From assembly GCF_016433145.1 (NCBI RefSeq), contig NC_058130.1, positions 720,750,944-720,814,943 of the forward strand: 64,000 nt of DNA, written 5' to 3'. The DNA is from Gracilinanus agilis (taxonomy: Eukaryota). The translations under genes and the position numbers were made by a program. This document shows positions 1-12,479 of this stretch, piece by piece. The notes beneath the pieces were generated by a model. That model was not told the DNA's origin and made no database searches. It saw nothing but the letters and a program-made list of their open reading frames with translations. How positions within the stretch are numbered: the stretch's first letter is position 1; the number at the start of each line of letters is the position of its first letter.

Positions 1-265
1 TGTGTGTCAGGAAGTTCACCAGCATTTTGGGGACCAAGGTAGACACCAAACAGAAATCCACTAAGGACAGGTTCGAGAGGAAGAAATACATAGGGGTGTG
101 AAGGTGGGAATCAGAACCAATGGTCAGCATGATGAGAAGGTTCCCACCCACCGTGACCACGTACATGCTGAGGAATAGCCCAAAGAGAGGCAGCTGCTGC
201 TCTGGCTTCTCAGAAAATCCTAGAAGGAGAAATTCAGAGATACTTGTTTGGTTTTCTGGTCCCAT
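1..265 (-). CDS. Olfactory receptor, OR7-like; 5' partial (first 88 codons), runs off the window's left edge
   Basis: Reverse complement reads [91 protein letters not shown] at 265..263; 262/265 nt identical to 20678..20942. Integrity of the remainder cannot be seen. Confidence 0.93.
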   Translation of the reverse strand, partial: MGPENQTSISEFLLLGFSEKPEQQLPLFGLFLSMYVVTVGGNLLIMLTIGSDSHLHTPMYFFLSNLSLVDFCLVSTLVPKMLVNFLTH

Positions 266-612
266 GTAGCTTCTTTTTCTGCTAGGAAAAAGATGGGAGA
301 AAAGTATTAAGTGAAAATACAGACATCCTTGACTTATATAGAGAGGAAATTCCAGGGAATGACTCAGAAGAGCTAAATTTGAAATACAGCTTTATAACAT
401 CCTGCTTTTTTTCATCTGAGTGATTCACTTCCCCCTCTCTAAGATTCAGTTTCCTCATCTGTAAAATGAAAACAACATACTAAATGTTCCCTTAGATTAC
501 TTCAGATTCTCTAATTCTATAAAATTCTGCTAACCACTTTTAGCACTTTAATTTTATTATTTTGACATTGATATATGTATATATATATATACACACAGAT
601 ATATATGCATAT

Positions 613-686
613 ATATGTTTATTTATCCCTGTGTTGATAGGGATCAATAATACAGGGATAAACAATACAGGGATAAATAAACATAT
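613..686. repeat. 24-bp inverted repeat (quasi-palindrome) plus a 15-bp tandem unit
   Basis: 613..636 ATATGTTTATTTATCCCTGTGTTG vs 663..686, 23/24 complementary; AATACAGGGATAAA(C/T) repeated at 649..663 and 664..678. Confidence 0.9.
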
Positions 687-739
687 GTATATGTAAAAAT
701 ATGCATATATCTCCACCAAAAATATTTATCCCCTTCTGG

Positions 740-2165
740 CTATGGATGCCCTTCCGCTTATGCATATCCTTCCTAAACTGTGGTATCTAGAACTCAATGG
801 AGGACTCATTGGTGTGATATAATCCAGTCAGACTATAGATCACCTCAAGAACAAAGGCATAAAGGATACCCTCATTACAGACTCATCTAATTCTGCTCTG
901 CTCCTCTTAATGCCACTACATGATGACTTTTGCTCAAGATATACTCTTGCCAAATCACACTTTTAAGTCCTATTAAACCCAGGGTCCACCAGAATATCCA
1001 AAACTTTTTTTCATACAAATGACTATCTGACCATGCCTTCCTTTATCTCTGCCTTTCAAAGTTGATATTTTTTAGCCCAAGTTTAAGTCTAAGGTCTTAC
1101 TCTTCCCAAGTGAATTCCATTCTATTAGAACCAGTCTGATGTCCCTAGTCTATCAAGTACTTTTTGTATCCTATGTCATCCAAATTGTTAGTCATCCTTT
1201 CCAATTTCATGTCATCTGCTAATTTCATAGACATAGTTTCTATGCCTTTATCCAAGTCACTGATAAAAATGTTGAACAGAGATCCAAGGACAGATTCCTC
1301 AAGATATTAGACCAAACAGATAATGAACCATTAATAATAACTCTTTGAAATTGCACACTCAGCCAATTCTAAATTCAATGAATTGCACTATCATCTGATC
1401 TTAATCTCTTTTTTCTGCAAGAATCATTTTGACATCTTTACCAAACACTTTGTTATAATGGAGATAACAATATCTATGTCATATAGATATTACCTGATCT
1501 TTTCATCTATCTACTAGGGTAACCCGGTGGAAATAAGTTTAGTCTGGCATGACCTATTCTTGATGACGTCATACTGGCTCTTTGTAATCATCTGTTTCTT
1601 TCCTAAATATTAACTAATCATCTCTTTCATGGCCAGTTTTAGAAAATTTTCTGGAATTGAAGTCAAGCTTACTGATAGATGTTACAGACTTATTTCCAAA
1701 TTTACAATCAGGACAACATTAGTTCTTCTATTTATTGTTATATCTCCTTCTTCCCCTGGTCTTTCAACCATTACTCACTGGCTCAGTAGTTAAATATACC
1801 AGCTATATCAGTACTGGAAGATGTAGTTCATCTGTGCCAGATGGCTTGAATTCATCAAAGGAGCCTAGGCACTTTCTTACTCTTTTCTTACTTATCTTGA
1901 GAATCTAAACCTAATTAACCATTTTTATTCTAACTTCTCCAGTGCAAAGACTATATCCCTTGGCAGAAAAAAAAGAAGGCTTGAACATCTGCTACCTCTT
2001 TCTTGTCAATGATCATCCAATCCACCTCAAGCAGAAATCCTATTCCTTCTTTGATCCTCTCCTTTGAACAAGAATAGCTTAAAAAACCCTTTTTTGTTGT
2101 CCAGCATGATATTGAAAAGAACTCTGGACTTGGAATCAGGAAAGACTCTGTGATCTGCTTCTGTT
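740..2165 (-). mobile_element. L3/CR1 LINE, decayed ORF2 and 3' part
   Basis: Minus-strand translation near 1951..2130 gives KKGFLSY..KERIKEGIGFLL (CR1 ORF2-like); CR1 3' motif GCATTAAGAGGAGCA on the minus strand near 900..915. Confidence 0.8.
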
Positions 2166-2189
2166 TCTGCAGTGATGGTAGCGAATGAG

Positions 2190-2470
2190 AGAAAAGGAGT
2201 GGTCTAACAGGTAGAACAAGAACCAAGAAGGACCAGTACAATCTAGCAGGAGAGACTATCTCCAGCAGTTCAGAGAGGAGAGAGTATCCAGGAGAATAGG
2301 GTGACTGACAGTGTTAACTGCTGCAGAGAGGTCAGATAGGATGAGAATTGAGAAAATGCCACTAAATTTGTCAATATAGAGATCACTAGAAACTTCAGAA
2401 AGAGCATTTTAGATTGAGTGACAAGATCAATGACATGGCTGCATCAGAGAGACTATAAGGAAGGTGGAAT
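2190..2470 (-). mobile_element. L2 LINE RT fragment
   Basis: Minus strand CTCATCCTATCTGACCTCTCTGCAGCAGTTAACAC is the L2 LDLSAAFDT region; mirror copy at 17820..18075. Confidence 0.75.
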
Positions 2471-2519
2471 AGTGATGGAATTAGGGAAATTTAGAGAATG
2501 GTTGGATTGGGGGATTTTT

Positions 2520-2800
2520 TTCTTTATTAATGTTTTATTTTTCCCATTTACATGTAAAAACAATTATTGACTTTTGTTTTCTAACATTATGAGTTCCCCA
2601 TTCTCTCCCTCCCTCATATCCTTTATCTCTCCCTGAGACAGTAAACAATTTGCTATTGGTTTTATATATATATGTTATCCTACAAAACATTTTTCTGTAC
2701 TCATGTTGTATAAGAAGACAGACACACATGCAAAAGAGATGGGTAGATTCATGCCTGTTCATCCAATGCTATTCTCTCTTTTTTCTTGAAAAAAATGATA
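2520..2800 (-). mobile_element. Marsupial L1-type 3' UTR fragment
   Basis: T-rich tail followed by TTTACATGTAAAAACAATT, the same end motif seen at 13990..14050 and 54110..54330. Confidence 0.6.
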
Positions 2801-3734
2801 AGAGAATAATGAAAGGATACTTACTGATCACTTTCCAGTGCACACATGCTGAGGATCAACTGTAGTAGTCAAAATATGATCCTATGGAAAAGATGATGCA
2901 TTTGGAAATAGGAGTAAGTCATAAGAAAATGGAATTTTGACTTCTGTGTGTACTGAGTCAGGTTATATTATAATCACATATGAAAGGAGAATGGGATTTA
3001 TTTCATTTTATCACCTTCTCATTGATCACACATCCTTTGGGGTCATATCACAGTCTATTTGGAGTGATTCCAAGATTATCCAGAGACCTCTGCTGTGGAG
3101 TATCTGAAAATCCCCACCATCCAATGTTTTTTTCTTTTTCTTTCTCCGAGGTCTCTTCAAATTCTCTTCTTGCTACTGTGAGTAGGAAATTCCCCTCCAT
3201 CATTATTCCCAGTTTTTAATTTTTTCCCTCAATTTATGGTAAATGGCCTCAGTTTCCTGATTATCCATAATGGGAAAGAGAATATAAGAGGGCCCTACGC
3301 AGTTTTTAAGGACTCTCCTTTGGAGAGTTAGATTAGGAACCACTCCATCCTTAGTGGGCTCATTTTGGGGCAGCTGTGTTCTGACCTGGACTCTAGAACA
3401 GACTTGGTTCAGAGGGGCTGAATCACACTAAATGTGGACTTCTATTAGCAATGACAATTATGTATTTCTAAAGTGACTTATTGTTTTAACAAGGACATTA
3501 ACTCATTTGATGCTCACTAGAACATGGTGAAGAAGAAAATGGGTTATTGACTTTGAAATTGAACAGCTTATTTGGCTCTTCTCTTAAGGCTCTTATTAAC
3601 AATGAACAGAAATAATTGAGCAAATATCAACATTTTATAGTTAAAGCCCAGAGAAGGTAAGCAATTAGCAAACATCCAAAAGGTATTTGGTGACAAGGTT
3701 AGGAATTAAATCTAAATCTTTTGATATTAAGTCT

Positions 3735-3985
3735 CTCAGATGCAGCAGTGGTTATCACATAGAGTAATAAACCTGGAGTCACAAGATCAAAGACAAGTCC
3801 AGCCTCAGACATTTACTAACTATGTGACCCTGAGCAAGTTATTTAATTTGCTTGCCTCAGTTCCTTCAATCGTAAAATAGAGAAAATAATACCTACTATA
3901 TATAGTTGTTGTGAAGAGCAAATGATATAATATTTGTAAAAAGTCCTTAGCACAATGCCTGGCACAAAGTAGGCACTATATAAAT
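3735..3985 (+). mobile_element. MIR/CORE-SINE
   Basis: CORE domain (CCTCAGACATTTACTAACTATGTGACCCTGAGCAAGT...CCTCAGTT) and MIR tail (GCCTGGCACAAAGTAGG); mirror copy at 17280..17470. Confidence 0.85.
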
Positions 3986-4249
3986 CTTTTTCCCTTTTTC
4001 TCCTCCTTCCCCATTCTCCTTTTCCTCTACATTTCACTGCCTTCCCACCTCCCCCTTCACTGAGCTAGATGCTGAGGTTTGAGTATTTAGGGACACAGTG
4101 ATGACTCAGAACGAGTTGGAATCCAACCTGGACTAAGCTATAATTTGGGTTTTGTGGGGATTAGCAAAATCTCTGAGTTTCTGAAGAAAAATCAGATATC
4201 TCCCCATTCCTGTATTTTTCCTCCCTCCTTTCCCTCTCTTCCTCATCAT

Positions 4250-4570
4250 ACGTACTGGTCATTAGAAAAGAAGATAGGTTTGGTCACTGTTTCTGTCCTT
4301 TTTTAAAGAAGGTCAAGTTAGACAGCAGCTCTGCATCCTAGAAGATTTAAGGCATGTAGCTTCTGTCATGAGGGTAATGTCCCTAGAAGATTAAGTAGAC
4401 TCATTCCTGGTGTGTGGCAAATGATTTGAGGACCTAGGGGCCAGGATGGGAACAAAAGAAAGATTTTACAATTCTTGAGGCCTTCTACACTGAATCCTCA
4501 CAGCTCCTCATTAGAAAAATCATGCAATTGTCATTCCATTCCCTTGCCAGTTCAAATCCCTGTAGGGAAG
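4250..4570 (-). promoter_or_regulatory. Predicted OR promoter, non-coding exon 1 and splice donor (copy 1; for the OR at 1..265)
   Basis: CTAATGAGGAGCTGTGAGGAT at 4514..4494; donor-like CA|GTACGT at 4255..4250; homologous to 16690..17012 and 48972..49290. Function is inferred. Confidence 0.6.
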
Positions 4571-5695
4571 GAAATACTAAAAGGAAAGTTCCTAATAATG
4601 AGACCTATATGACAATGGAATTCAACCAATGGAAATCTTTCAGCTGAGGCTTGACAGCTATTTCTTTGGGCTGCTAGAGAAAAGGTTCATTCTATGCCTA
4701 GGGGATGAACTAAATGACCTCAGAGTTGTTCTGGCTCCCTGAAGCCAGTGAGCTCCATCATTACTGAAGGCATCCAAGAAGAAGATGGATGATCACTTTT
4801 GTGCTGTGAAGAGAATTCTTAACAAATGACAAGGTTGGGCTAGATAGTTTCATAGGTGCTTCTTGCTTCTAAAAACCAATGAGTTACCTAATAAAGTAGT
4901 GATTTCCTAATCATTACATTCTATAAGTAAAGGCTTAATGAACACTTATAGTTTTGAAAGTCATGGATTGGAGCCAAATATCTATATTTAAATCCCATTT
5001 ATGTTGCTTAACTTCTCTAAACCTGAGTTTCAAAATCTATAAAGCTAAAATCTTGAACTAGGAGACCTCTAATCTCATTTGTAAGTTTAAATCAATCTGA
5101 TGATCTTGTAAATCTAATCAGGAGATACCTACTCAAGTCTGATTTGGATTATGTGTCCTATGGATTCTCTGTCATTTCAGAGAATATATGAAAGAAAAAA
5201 TTTCAATTAATTCTCTATCTTTGGGGACACCAGCTTCAAGGTGGTATGTTTCCTTCAAGTCCTGCATACCCCTAACTTGGTGGAGAGTCTTCAGTGTTGG
5301 CTTCTTAGGTTGGAGAATTTGATTATATGTCCTCTCACAGAAGACATATTTTTAAAATCTTAATTCTTTTATTATTTTTTAAATCTCAATTATCTCTGTA
5401 GAATGAAAGAGCTAAAAGACAAGTAAAGACCAATTGTTGCCCAATCAGAACCTGGTTTCAGAATTCATACATGCCTCTAAAACTCTGAAGAGGTATGTTC
5501 AGGGTAGATGCTGCCCCCACCCACATTATGAAAGGATACAGATGCCAAAGAAATGGAGAAATAGGCTCACTACATATGAAAGTTTGTGAACCTTACCTCA
5601 GAGTTATACAAGTTAACAGTAGGAAGGTCATGTCAAAATATTGCCAGATAATGATTTCATTCAGAAATTTAGAGACTGATATAATGTTAGAGGTA

Positions 5696-5932
5696 GCTGG
5701 TGACCTAGAAGATAGAGTGCTGGACCTGGAGGAAGGAAGACTCATATTCCTGATTTCAAATCTGGCCTCAGACATTTACTAGCTATGTGAAGTCACATCA
5801 TTTAACTCTGTCTCAGTTTCCTCATCTGTAAAATGAGCTAGAGAATGAAATGGCAAACCACTCCAATGTCTTTGCAGGAAAATCCCAAATGAGGTCAGAA
5901 AGTTGGACACACCTGAAAATGACTGAACAACC
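5696..5932 (+). mobile_element. Mar1-type SINE (CORE plus RTE/BovB tail)
   Basis: CORE followed by GAAATGGCAAACCACTCCA...GAAAATCCC...AGTTGGACAC. Confidence 0.85.
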
Positions 5933-6455
5933 ACACCATAATGATGAAGTGTACAAGGAATTGTACCATCAGGAAAATTTTGCTTAAAGCTATATGGCTG
6001 CTCACTCTGATATTGTTTTTTATTGAAAATTGTGTAAAAGAGTGTCTGGCACAGAGTAAATACTATATGAATTTAGTTATTTTTATTGTTATTTATTTGT
6101 TATCATTATGTTTGTGAGATCCTGAAATTCTTTTGCAAGGTATCCAAAAGGAAGAGTAACCCATTTGTAACACTTTCCTCTTTTTGTTATTTCAAAGATT
6201 TGATCATTTCACCAATATGTGTACTATTTCCAGTGATACAGATTATGTCACAATCAAAGCTTTCTAGATGGTGAGTCTTTTAATATTTCATTAAATTTTG
6301 TTTTTATTTTTTAATTTGCATGTATTTAATACTTTCCACCTCTCCTCAAGTGTCCAAAATTAAAAATATAACAGATATGCACAGTCAAGCAAAACCAATT
6401 CCCATATTGGCCATATCCAAAAATATGTCTTGTTCTGAGTATTTTTAATATTATT

Positions 6456-6640
6456 ATTATTTTTAAACCCTTGTACTTTGGTGTATTGTCTCATAGGTGG
6501 AAGATTGGTAAGGGTGGGCAATGGGGGTCAAGTGACTTGCCCAGGGTCACACAGCTGGGAAGTGGCTGAGGCCGGGTTTGAACCTAGGACCTCCTGTCTC
6601 TAGGCCTGACTCTCACTCCACTGAGCTACCCAGCTGCCCC
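6456..6640 (-). mobile_element. SINE1_Mdo-type SINE, young
   Basis: Minus strand starts GGGGCAGCTGGGTAGCTCAGTGGA and ends AAGGGTTTAAAA; TSD TTTAATATTATT at 6444..6455 and 6641..6652. Confidence 0.92.
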
Positions 6641-8491
6641 TTTAATATTATTTTAAAAATATTTTTTCATGTTTACATAATTCACTTTATTTCCTTCCTT
6701 TCTTCCCTCCCCACTCCCAGATCCGATAAACGTTTCCACTGGATTATACAAATGTTATGACTTATACATATTTCCATATTTTTTATTTTTGCAATAGATC
6801 AATCTTTTAAAACCAAAACCCCCAATCATATATCCATATAAACAAATAATAAGTCATTTGTTTTTCTTCTGTGTTTCTACTCCCACAGTTCTTTCTTTCT
6901 ATATGAATAGCATTCTTTCTCATAAATCCCTTGAGATTGTCTTGTAGTAACAAAGTACATTGCATTGGATTGGTCCACAATATTTCACTTTCTGTGTATG
7001 ATGTTCTCTTGGTTCTGCTCATTTCACTCTGCATCAGTTCCTGGAGGCTCTTTCAATTCATTCAGAAATCCTCCAGTTCATCATTCCTAACAGCACAGTA
7101 GTATTCCATCACCATCATATATCACAATTTGTTCAGTCATTCCCCAGGTGAAGGATACCCCTTCATTTTCCAATTTTTTGCCACCACAAAGAGTGTGGCT
7201 ATGAATATTTTTGTACAAACTTTTTTCACTATTATCTCTTTATGGTACAAACCTAGTAATGGTATTGCTGTATCAAAGGACATGCATTTTTTAAGCCCTT
7301 TGGGCATAGTTCCAAATTGCCTTCCAGAAAGGTTGGATCAATTCACAGCTCCACCAGCAATGTGTTCCTGTCCCAATTTTGCCACATGCCCTCCAACATT
7401 TATTATTTTCCTTTACCATTATATTGACCAATCTGCTAGGTGTGAGATACTACCTCAGAATTGTTTTGATTTGCATTTCTCTAATGAGGAGGGATTTGAA
7501 CACTTTTTCCATGTGATTATTGATAGTTTTGATTTCTTCATCTGAAAACCGCCTATTCACGTCCCTTGAACATTTGTTAATTGGAGAATGGCTTGATTTC
7601 TTGGACATTTGACTTAGTTCCTTATGAATTTGAGAAATTAGACCCTTGTCAGAGGCATTGTTATAAAAAAATTTTTTCCTAGGTGGTTGCTTCCCTTTTA
7701 ATTTTGGTTGCATTGATTTTGTTTGTACAAAACCTTTTTAAGTTAATGTAATCAAAATTATTCATTTTGCATTTTATAATATTCTCTATCTCTTGCTTGG
7801 TCTTAAATTCTTTCCTTTCCCATAAATCTGACAGGTATACTATTCTATGTTCACCTAATTTACTTATAATTTCCCTCTTTACACTTAAGTCATTTGCCCA
7901 TTCTGAATTTATTTTGGTACAGGGTGTAAGATGTTGATCTAAACCTACTCTCTCCCATACTGTTTTCCAATTATCCCAGCAGTTTTTGTCAATTCATGGA
8001 TTCTTGTCACAAAAGCTAGGATCTTTGAATTTATTGAACACTATCTTGCTGAGATCATTTACCCCAATTCTGTTCCATTGATCCACCCTTCTATCTCTTA
8101 GCCAGCATTATATTGTGATGATCACTGCTTAATAGTATAGTTTAAGATCTGGTACTGCTAGGCCTCCATCCTTCATTTTTTTATTAGTTCTCTTGATATT
8201 CTTGATCCTTTGTTCTTCCAAATGAACTTTGTTATAATTTTTTCTAATTCTATAAAAAAGTTTTTTGGTAGTTTAATAGGTATGGCACTGAATAAGCAAA
8301 TTAATATGGATATGATTGCCATTTTTATTATATTAGTTCATCCTACCCATGAACAATTAATTTTTTTCCTATTGTTTAGATCTAGTTTTATTTGTGTGAA
8401 AAGTGTTTTGAAGTTGTGTTCATATAATTCCTGAGTTTGTCTTAGCAGGCAGATTCCCAAATATTTTATATTACCTAGAGTGATTTTAAAT

Positions 8492-8928
8492 TGTGTGGTG
8501 AAAATGAAGGGAGGATGGTAGAATGGATGGGAGAAAGGAGAGAGGAAGGTAGAGGAAGGGAAAAGTAGGTTGTGGTCCCCAGCCCCCTGCAGGGGAAATT
8601 GACTAGAGCCCTCAAATGAATAGTCAGAGAGCAACTTTAGGGTTTCAATAGCTAGGTTTTATTTAGGTTAGGAAAGGGAAGGTCTACATAAAACTAGGAG
8701 GTGGACAGAAAGGGAAAAAGGTGCCAAGAGAGTTCTGTAGAGAGCTAAGCTTTCAGGGTTGAGAGCAGACCCTCCTGGGTAGAGAGAGAGAAAAGGAACC
8801 AAACTTTCCCTTTTATACTTTCCCTGAAACCTCCCCCAAAGGAAGTGGGAGGTGTCAGGGAAAGTTGTAGCAGAGAGAGTCCTGGGAGACAAAGTCTTCC
8901 AGGGCTTACAATAATTTCAAATGACACA
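8492..8928 (-). mobile_element. ERV1-class solo LTR, 437 bp
   Basis: TGTGT...ACACA termini; 4-bp TSD AAAT at 8488..8491 and 8929..8932; minus-strand GTATAAAAG and AAATAAAA; same family as 58310..58721. Confidence 0.9.
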
Positions 8929-9543
8929 AAATGGAATTCCTTTTTTAACTCTTCCTGCTGATTTTTATTGGAAATAAATAGAATTTTAGAAATAAATAGA
9001 AATGTTGATAAAATATGTGAATTTATTTTGTATCCTGTAAATTTGCTAAAATTATTATTTCCACTAGCTTTTTAGTTGATTTTCTTGGGTTCTCAAAGCA
9101 TACTCTCATTTCATCTGCAAAGAGTAAGTTTAGTTTCCTCACTGGCTACTCTAATCCCTTTGATGTCTTTTTCTTCTCTAATTGCTAAAGCTAGCATTTC
9201 TAATACAATATTAAATAGTGGTGATAATGGGCATCCTTGCTTTACTCCTGGTCATATTGCGAAGGCTTCTAAGTTATCCTCATTGCAGATGATACTTGTT
9301 GATGGTTTTAAATGAATACTGTTTATCATTTTGAGGAAAACCCTTTCTGTTCCTATACATTCTAGTGTTTTCAATAGGAATGGATCTTGTATTTTGTCAA
9401 AGACTTTTTCTGAATCTGTTGAGATAATGATGTGGTTTCTGTTAGTTTGATTATTAATATAGTCAATTATGTGGATGGTTTTCCTAATGTTAAACTAGCC
9501 TTACATTCCTGGTACAAATTCCATCTGGTCATAGTGAATAATC

Positions 9544-10035
9544 TTTGGTTTTGTTTTTTGTGGTTTTTATACTATCTTTTATTTAATTAACTTATTTAGA
9601 ACATTTTTCCATGGTTACAGGATTCATGTTCTATCCTTCCCCTCCTCTTACTCCCTCCCATAGCCGATGTACAATTCCACTAGGTTTTACATGTGTCATT
9701 GATCAAGACCTATTTCCATATTATTGATATTTGCACTAGGGTGCTCATTTTAAGTCAATATCCTTAATTATATCCTCATTCACATGGGTTGTTTTTCTTC
9801 TGTGTTTCTACTCCTATAGTTCTTCCTCCGAATGTGGATAGTGTTCTTTCTCATGAGTCCCTCATACTTGTCCTGGATCTTTGCATTGTTGCTAGTAGAA
9901 AAGTCCATTACATTCAATTTTACTACAATGTATCAGTCTCTGTGAATAATGTTCTTTTGGTTCTGCTCCTTTCCTGGAGGTCTTTCCAGTTCACATGGAA
10001 TTCCTCCTGTTCATTATTCCTTTGAGCACAATAGT
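9544..10035 (-). mobile_element. Nested L1 3'-end insertion
   Basis: T-rich tail plus L1 3' UTR; TSD GTGAATAATC at 9534..9543 and 10036..10045. Confidence 0.85.
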
Positions 10036-10144
10036 GTGAATAATCCTTGTGATCACTTGCTGTAGTCTCTTTGCTAGTATTTTATTTAAGATTTTTGCAT
10101 CTTTATTTATTAAGGAGATTGGTCTGTAGTTTTCTTTCTCTGTC

Positions 10145-10575
10145 ACTCTCTTTTTCAGTTATCCAAGTCCAAACACAAGTCAATTCAGGGCAATTGGCAA
10201 TGTCCTGGGATATAGTGGATAGTCTTTACATCTTTCATGTCTGACTAAGAGCACAGTGCTTTGCTTCCACTGCCTTCATGGCCATTGTGAAGAAATTATT
10301 CTCATCCACCCATTCTACCAGGGAAAGTCTTCACGTGCTTGGGGTAGATATTCCCCTAATTCACTTATGGGTTTAAGACCTGTTGGTTACCCTCAACTTG
10401 GGTTAGCCAGTCTGTTAAGATAATTTTACTGGGGTGAAGCCACTGTATGACTTCTTGGAATCACAGGTAATCGTTGGGTAAAATTTGGACACCAAATATG
10501 AATAAGCAACCTTGGAAAAGGTTCTGTAACTCCTCACAGCAGAGGAGCTAGTCTTCCTTGTATAACCCGTACACA
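10145..10575 (-). mobile_element. RTE-related marsupial element (Mar3/WALLSI-like)
   Basis: Reverse complement aligns with 30340..30740; family name is from recall only. Confidence 0.6.
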
Positions 10576-10579
10576 TCCT

Positions 10580-11900
10580 GGTAATTTTGGGTCCTTAGTT
10601 TCAAATAGCTTTCCAGAATGTCTCGAAAATTCTTGGAATTGGAACTTGTGGAATTGGAATTAACAGTTTCACCAACAGTTCATTAATGTAACCATTTTCC
10701 TTCAGTCCTTAGAAAATGTGTCATTTTCCTTTTTTCAACAACTTTGTAAATTTGATGGATGGGATCTGGGTTGCTTTAATATGCATTTCACAAATTATTA
10801 GAGATTTAGATAGTTCTTCAGAATAGTAGTCAATAGTTTGGATTTCTTCCATTGAAAACTGTCTGTTCTCATCCTTTGACCATTTGTCAATTGGAAATGA
10901 CTCTTACTAAAAATGTGAATGACTCTTATGTATCCTGAAAATGGGACCTTTAATGGATAAATTTTCTATAAATATTTCCCCCAATAAATTATTTCCCTTC
11001 TAATTTTAATTTTGTTGGTTTTGTTTGTGAAAAAATTAGAATTTCATAGGATCAAAATTATCCATTTTTCCTCTGCATTCTTCTCTCTCCCTGGTTTGGT
11101 TATAAATTCTTCTTCTATCCAAAGATAGGAAAAGTAATTCCTTCCTCAATTATTCACTTATTTATAATGTATATACATATAATATATACTGTATAACATT
11201 TTATTTCTAAACCACGAATTTATGTAAAGCTTATCTTGGTATGTAGTATGAGGTGTTGGTCAAAACAAATTCTGTAAAGATTAAAAATTGTTTTCACATG
11301 TAATTGAAAAAATATAATTTTTAATTTTTTCAAATTTTTATCAGACTGCTTTTCAGTTTTTGTCAAATAATTAGCTCTTGTCCTGGCAGCTGAGGTTTTT
11401 GAAATTTTTAGAATACTAGATTACTAGCTTCATTTGCTTCTATAGGTTGTGTACCTAATCTATTCCATTGACTGACCTATTTTTTAAGCAGTGCCAAATC
11501 ATTTTGATTATTTCTGCTTTATAGTTAAAATACCTAAAAATCTGGTTTTCATTTAAATTGATTATTTTACTGGCAGATAGTCTCTAATAATTTTATTTAT
11601 TTATTTTTCACATTTTGTGAATTTTTTTCTTTTTTATACTGATAATTTAGTTTTAAACTTTCTTTTCTTAAACAAATCCACATACTGACTTTTTATATAG
11701 TGTGTAGTTTTATTAATTCATTTTTAATTTTAATTTTATTAATCCCTCCTGTGATTTTCAATATTTTTTTTATTTTGGCTCTTAATTGGTTTCAAAGAAT
11801 TTATTTGCTAGCAATTTTTCAGTTGCATACTCGTCTCATTCTTTTTTTCTTTCTGTCTTTTATTGACAAAAGTATCTAGAGATGTAAATACTAAAAACTC
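10580..11900 (-). mobile_element. Old, internally deleted L1 ORF2 remnant (left palindrome arm)
   Basis: Mirror of 13415..14680; shares the same internal ORF2 jump and the same nested short L1-tail insert (about 11280..11335 vs 13990..14050). Confidence 0.8.
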
Positions 11901-11934
11901 AAGAAAAGAAAAAAAAGTAAAGGACAAGATGGAG

Positions 11935-12472
11935 TGTTTTCACTAAGCTGTCCAGCAGTAAGGTCCCCTTGCTCTGTCCTGCTGTTAGACTTGGTTTTCT
12001 TTCCTATAGAAGACCTTTGTTTTCAATCTTGGTGTAGTAAAGGCTGTGGGTCTGAAGTTTTGCTCCATCTAAGCCGCCATCTCCAGACCATTTTTGTTGT
12101 GTTTCTCTGGCTTTCTCCTCTAGCCACCTCCCCCGTGCCTGTGTTCAACTTCTCTAGTCCAGCACCAGCAAGGTCCTCTCTCTGGGACAGTGCACCCACC
12201 CGGGGATTTCAGAGGTCTCTGGAGACTCCTCACAGCCTGTGGGGGAGGGGTCCTGGGATTCCCCTTCTGTACCCTCAGACCCAACAGTTCAAGAATTCAA
12301 GCCTTTTTCTTGACATACCTCTTGAGCTCTCCAGCAGTAGAATCCCCCTGCTCTGTCCTGTTGTTAGATTTGGTCCTCTTTCTTCTCAAAGCTCTTGGTT
12401 TTCTATCTCAGTGTGGAAAGGGTGCGAAGGTATTAAGATTTGCTCCTAAGCTGCCATCTTCCCAGAATTCCC
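11935..12472 (-). mobile_element. L1 5' UTR/promoter-like segment with two tandem 5'-terminal modules
   Basis: About 135-bp module at 11951..12086 repeated at 12330..12465 (period about 378); each starts on the minus strand with a YY1-like (G/A)AGATGGC(G/A)GC, typical of L1 5' ends. Confidence 0.55.
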
Positions 12473-12479
12473 TCAAAAG

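Larger units (their letters stand above)
6650..10143 (-). mobile_element. 5'-truncated L1 (ORF2 3' half plus 3' UTR), interrupted by a solo LTR and a nested L1 end
   Basis: ORF2 peptides on the minus strand, e.g. DKGLISQIHKELSQMSKKSSHSPINK and IKYLGICLLRQTQELYEHNFKTLFTQIKLDLNN; sequence resumes in register after the insert at 8492..8928. Confidence 0.92.

Noticed and set aside
2980-3219. ORF containing PHHPMFFS, resembling the [10 protein letters not shown] motif
   Set aside because: No GN at the right spacing, no downstream PKML or MAYDRY; the match is driven by a poly-T run.
7129-8434. Several 70-138 aa ORFs (7129, 7450, 8210)
   Set aside because: Sense or antisense frames of L1 ORF2, not independent genes.
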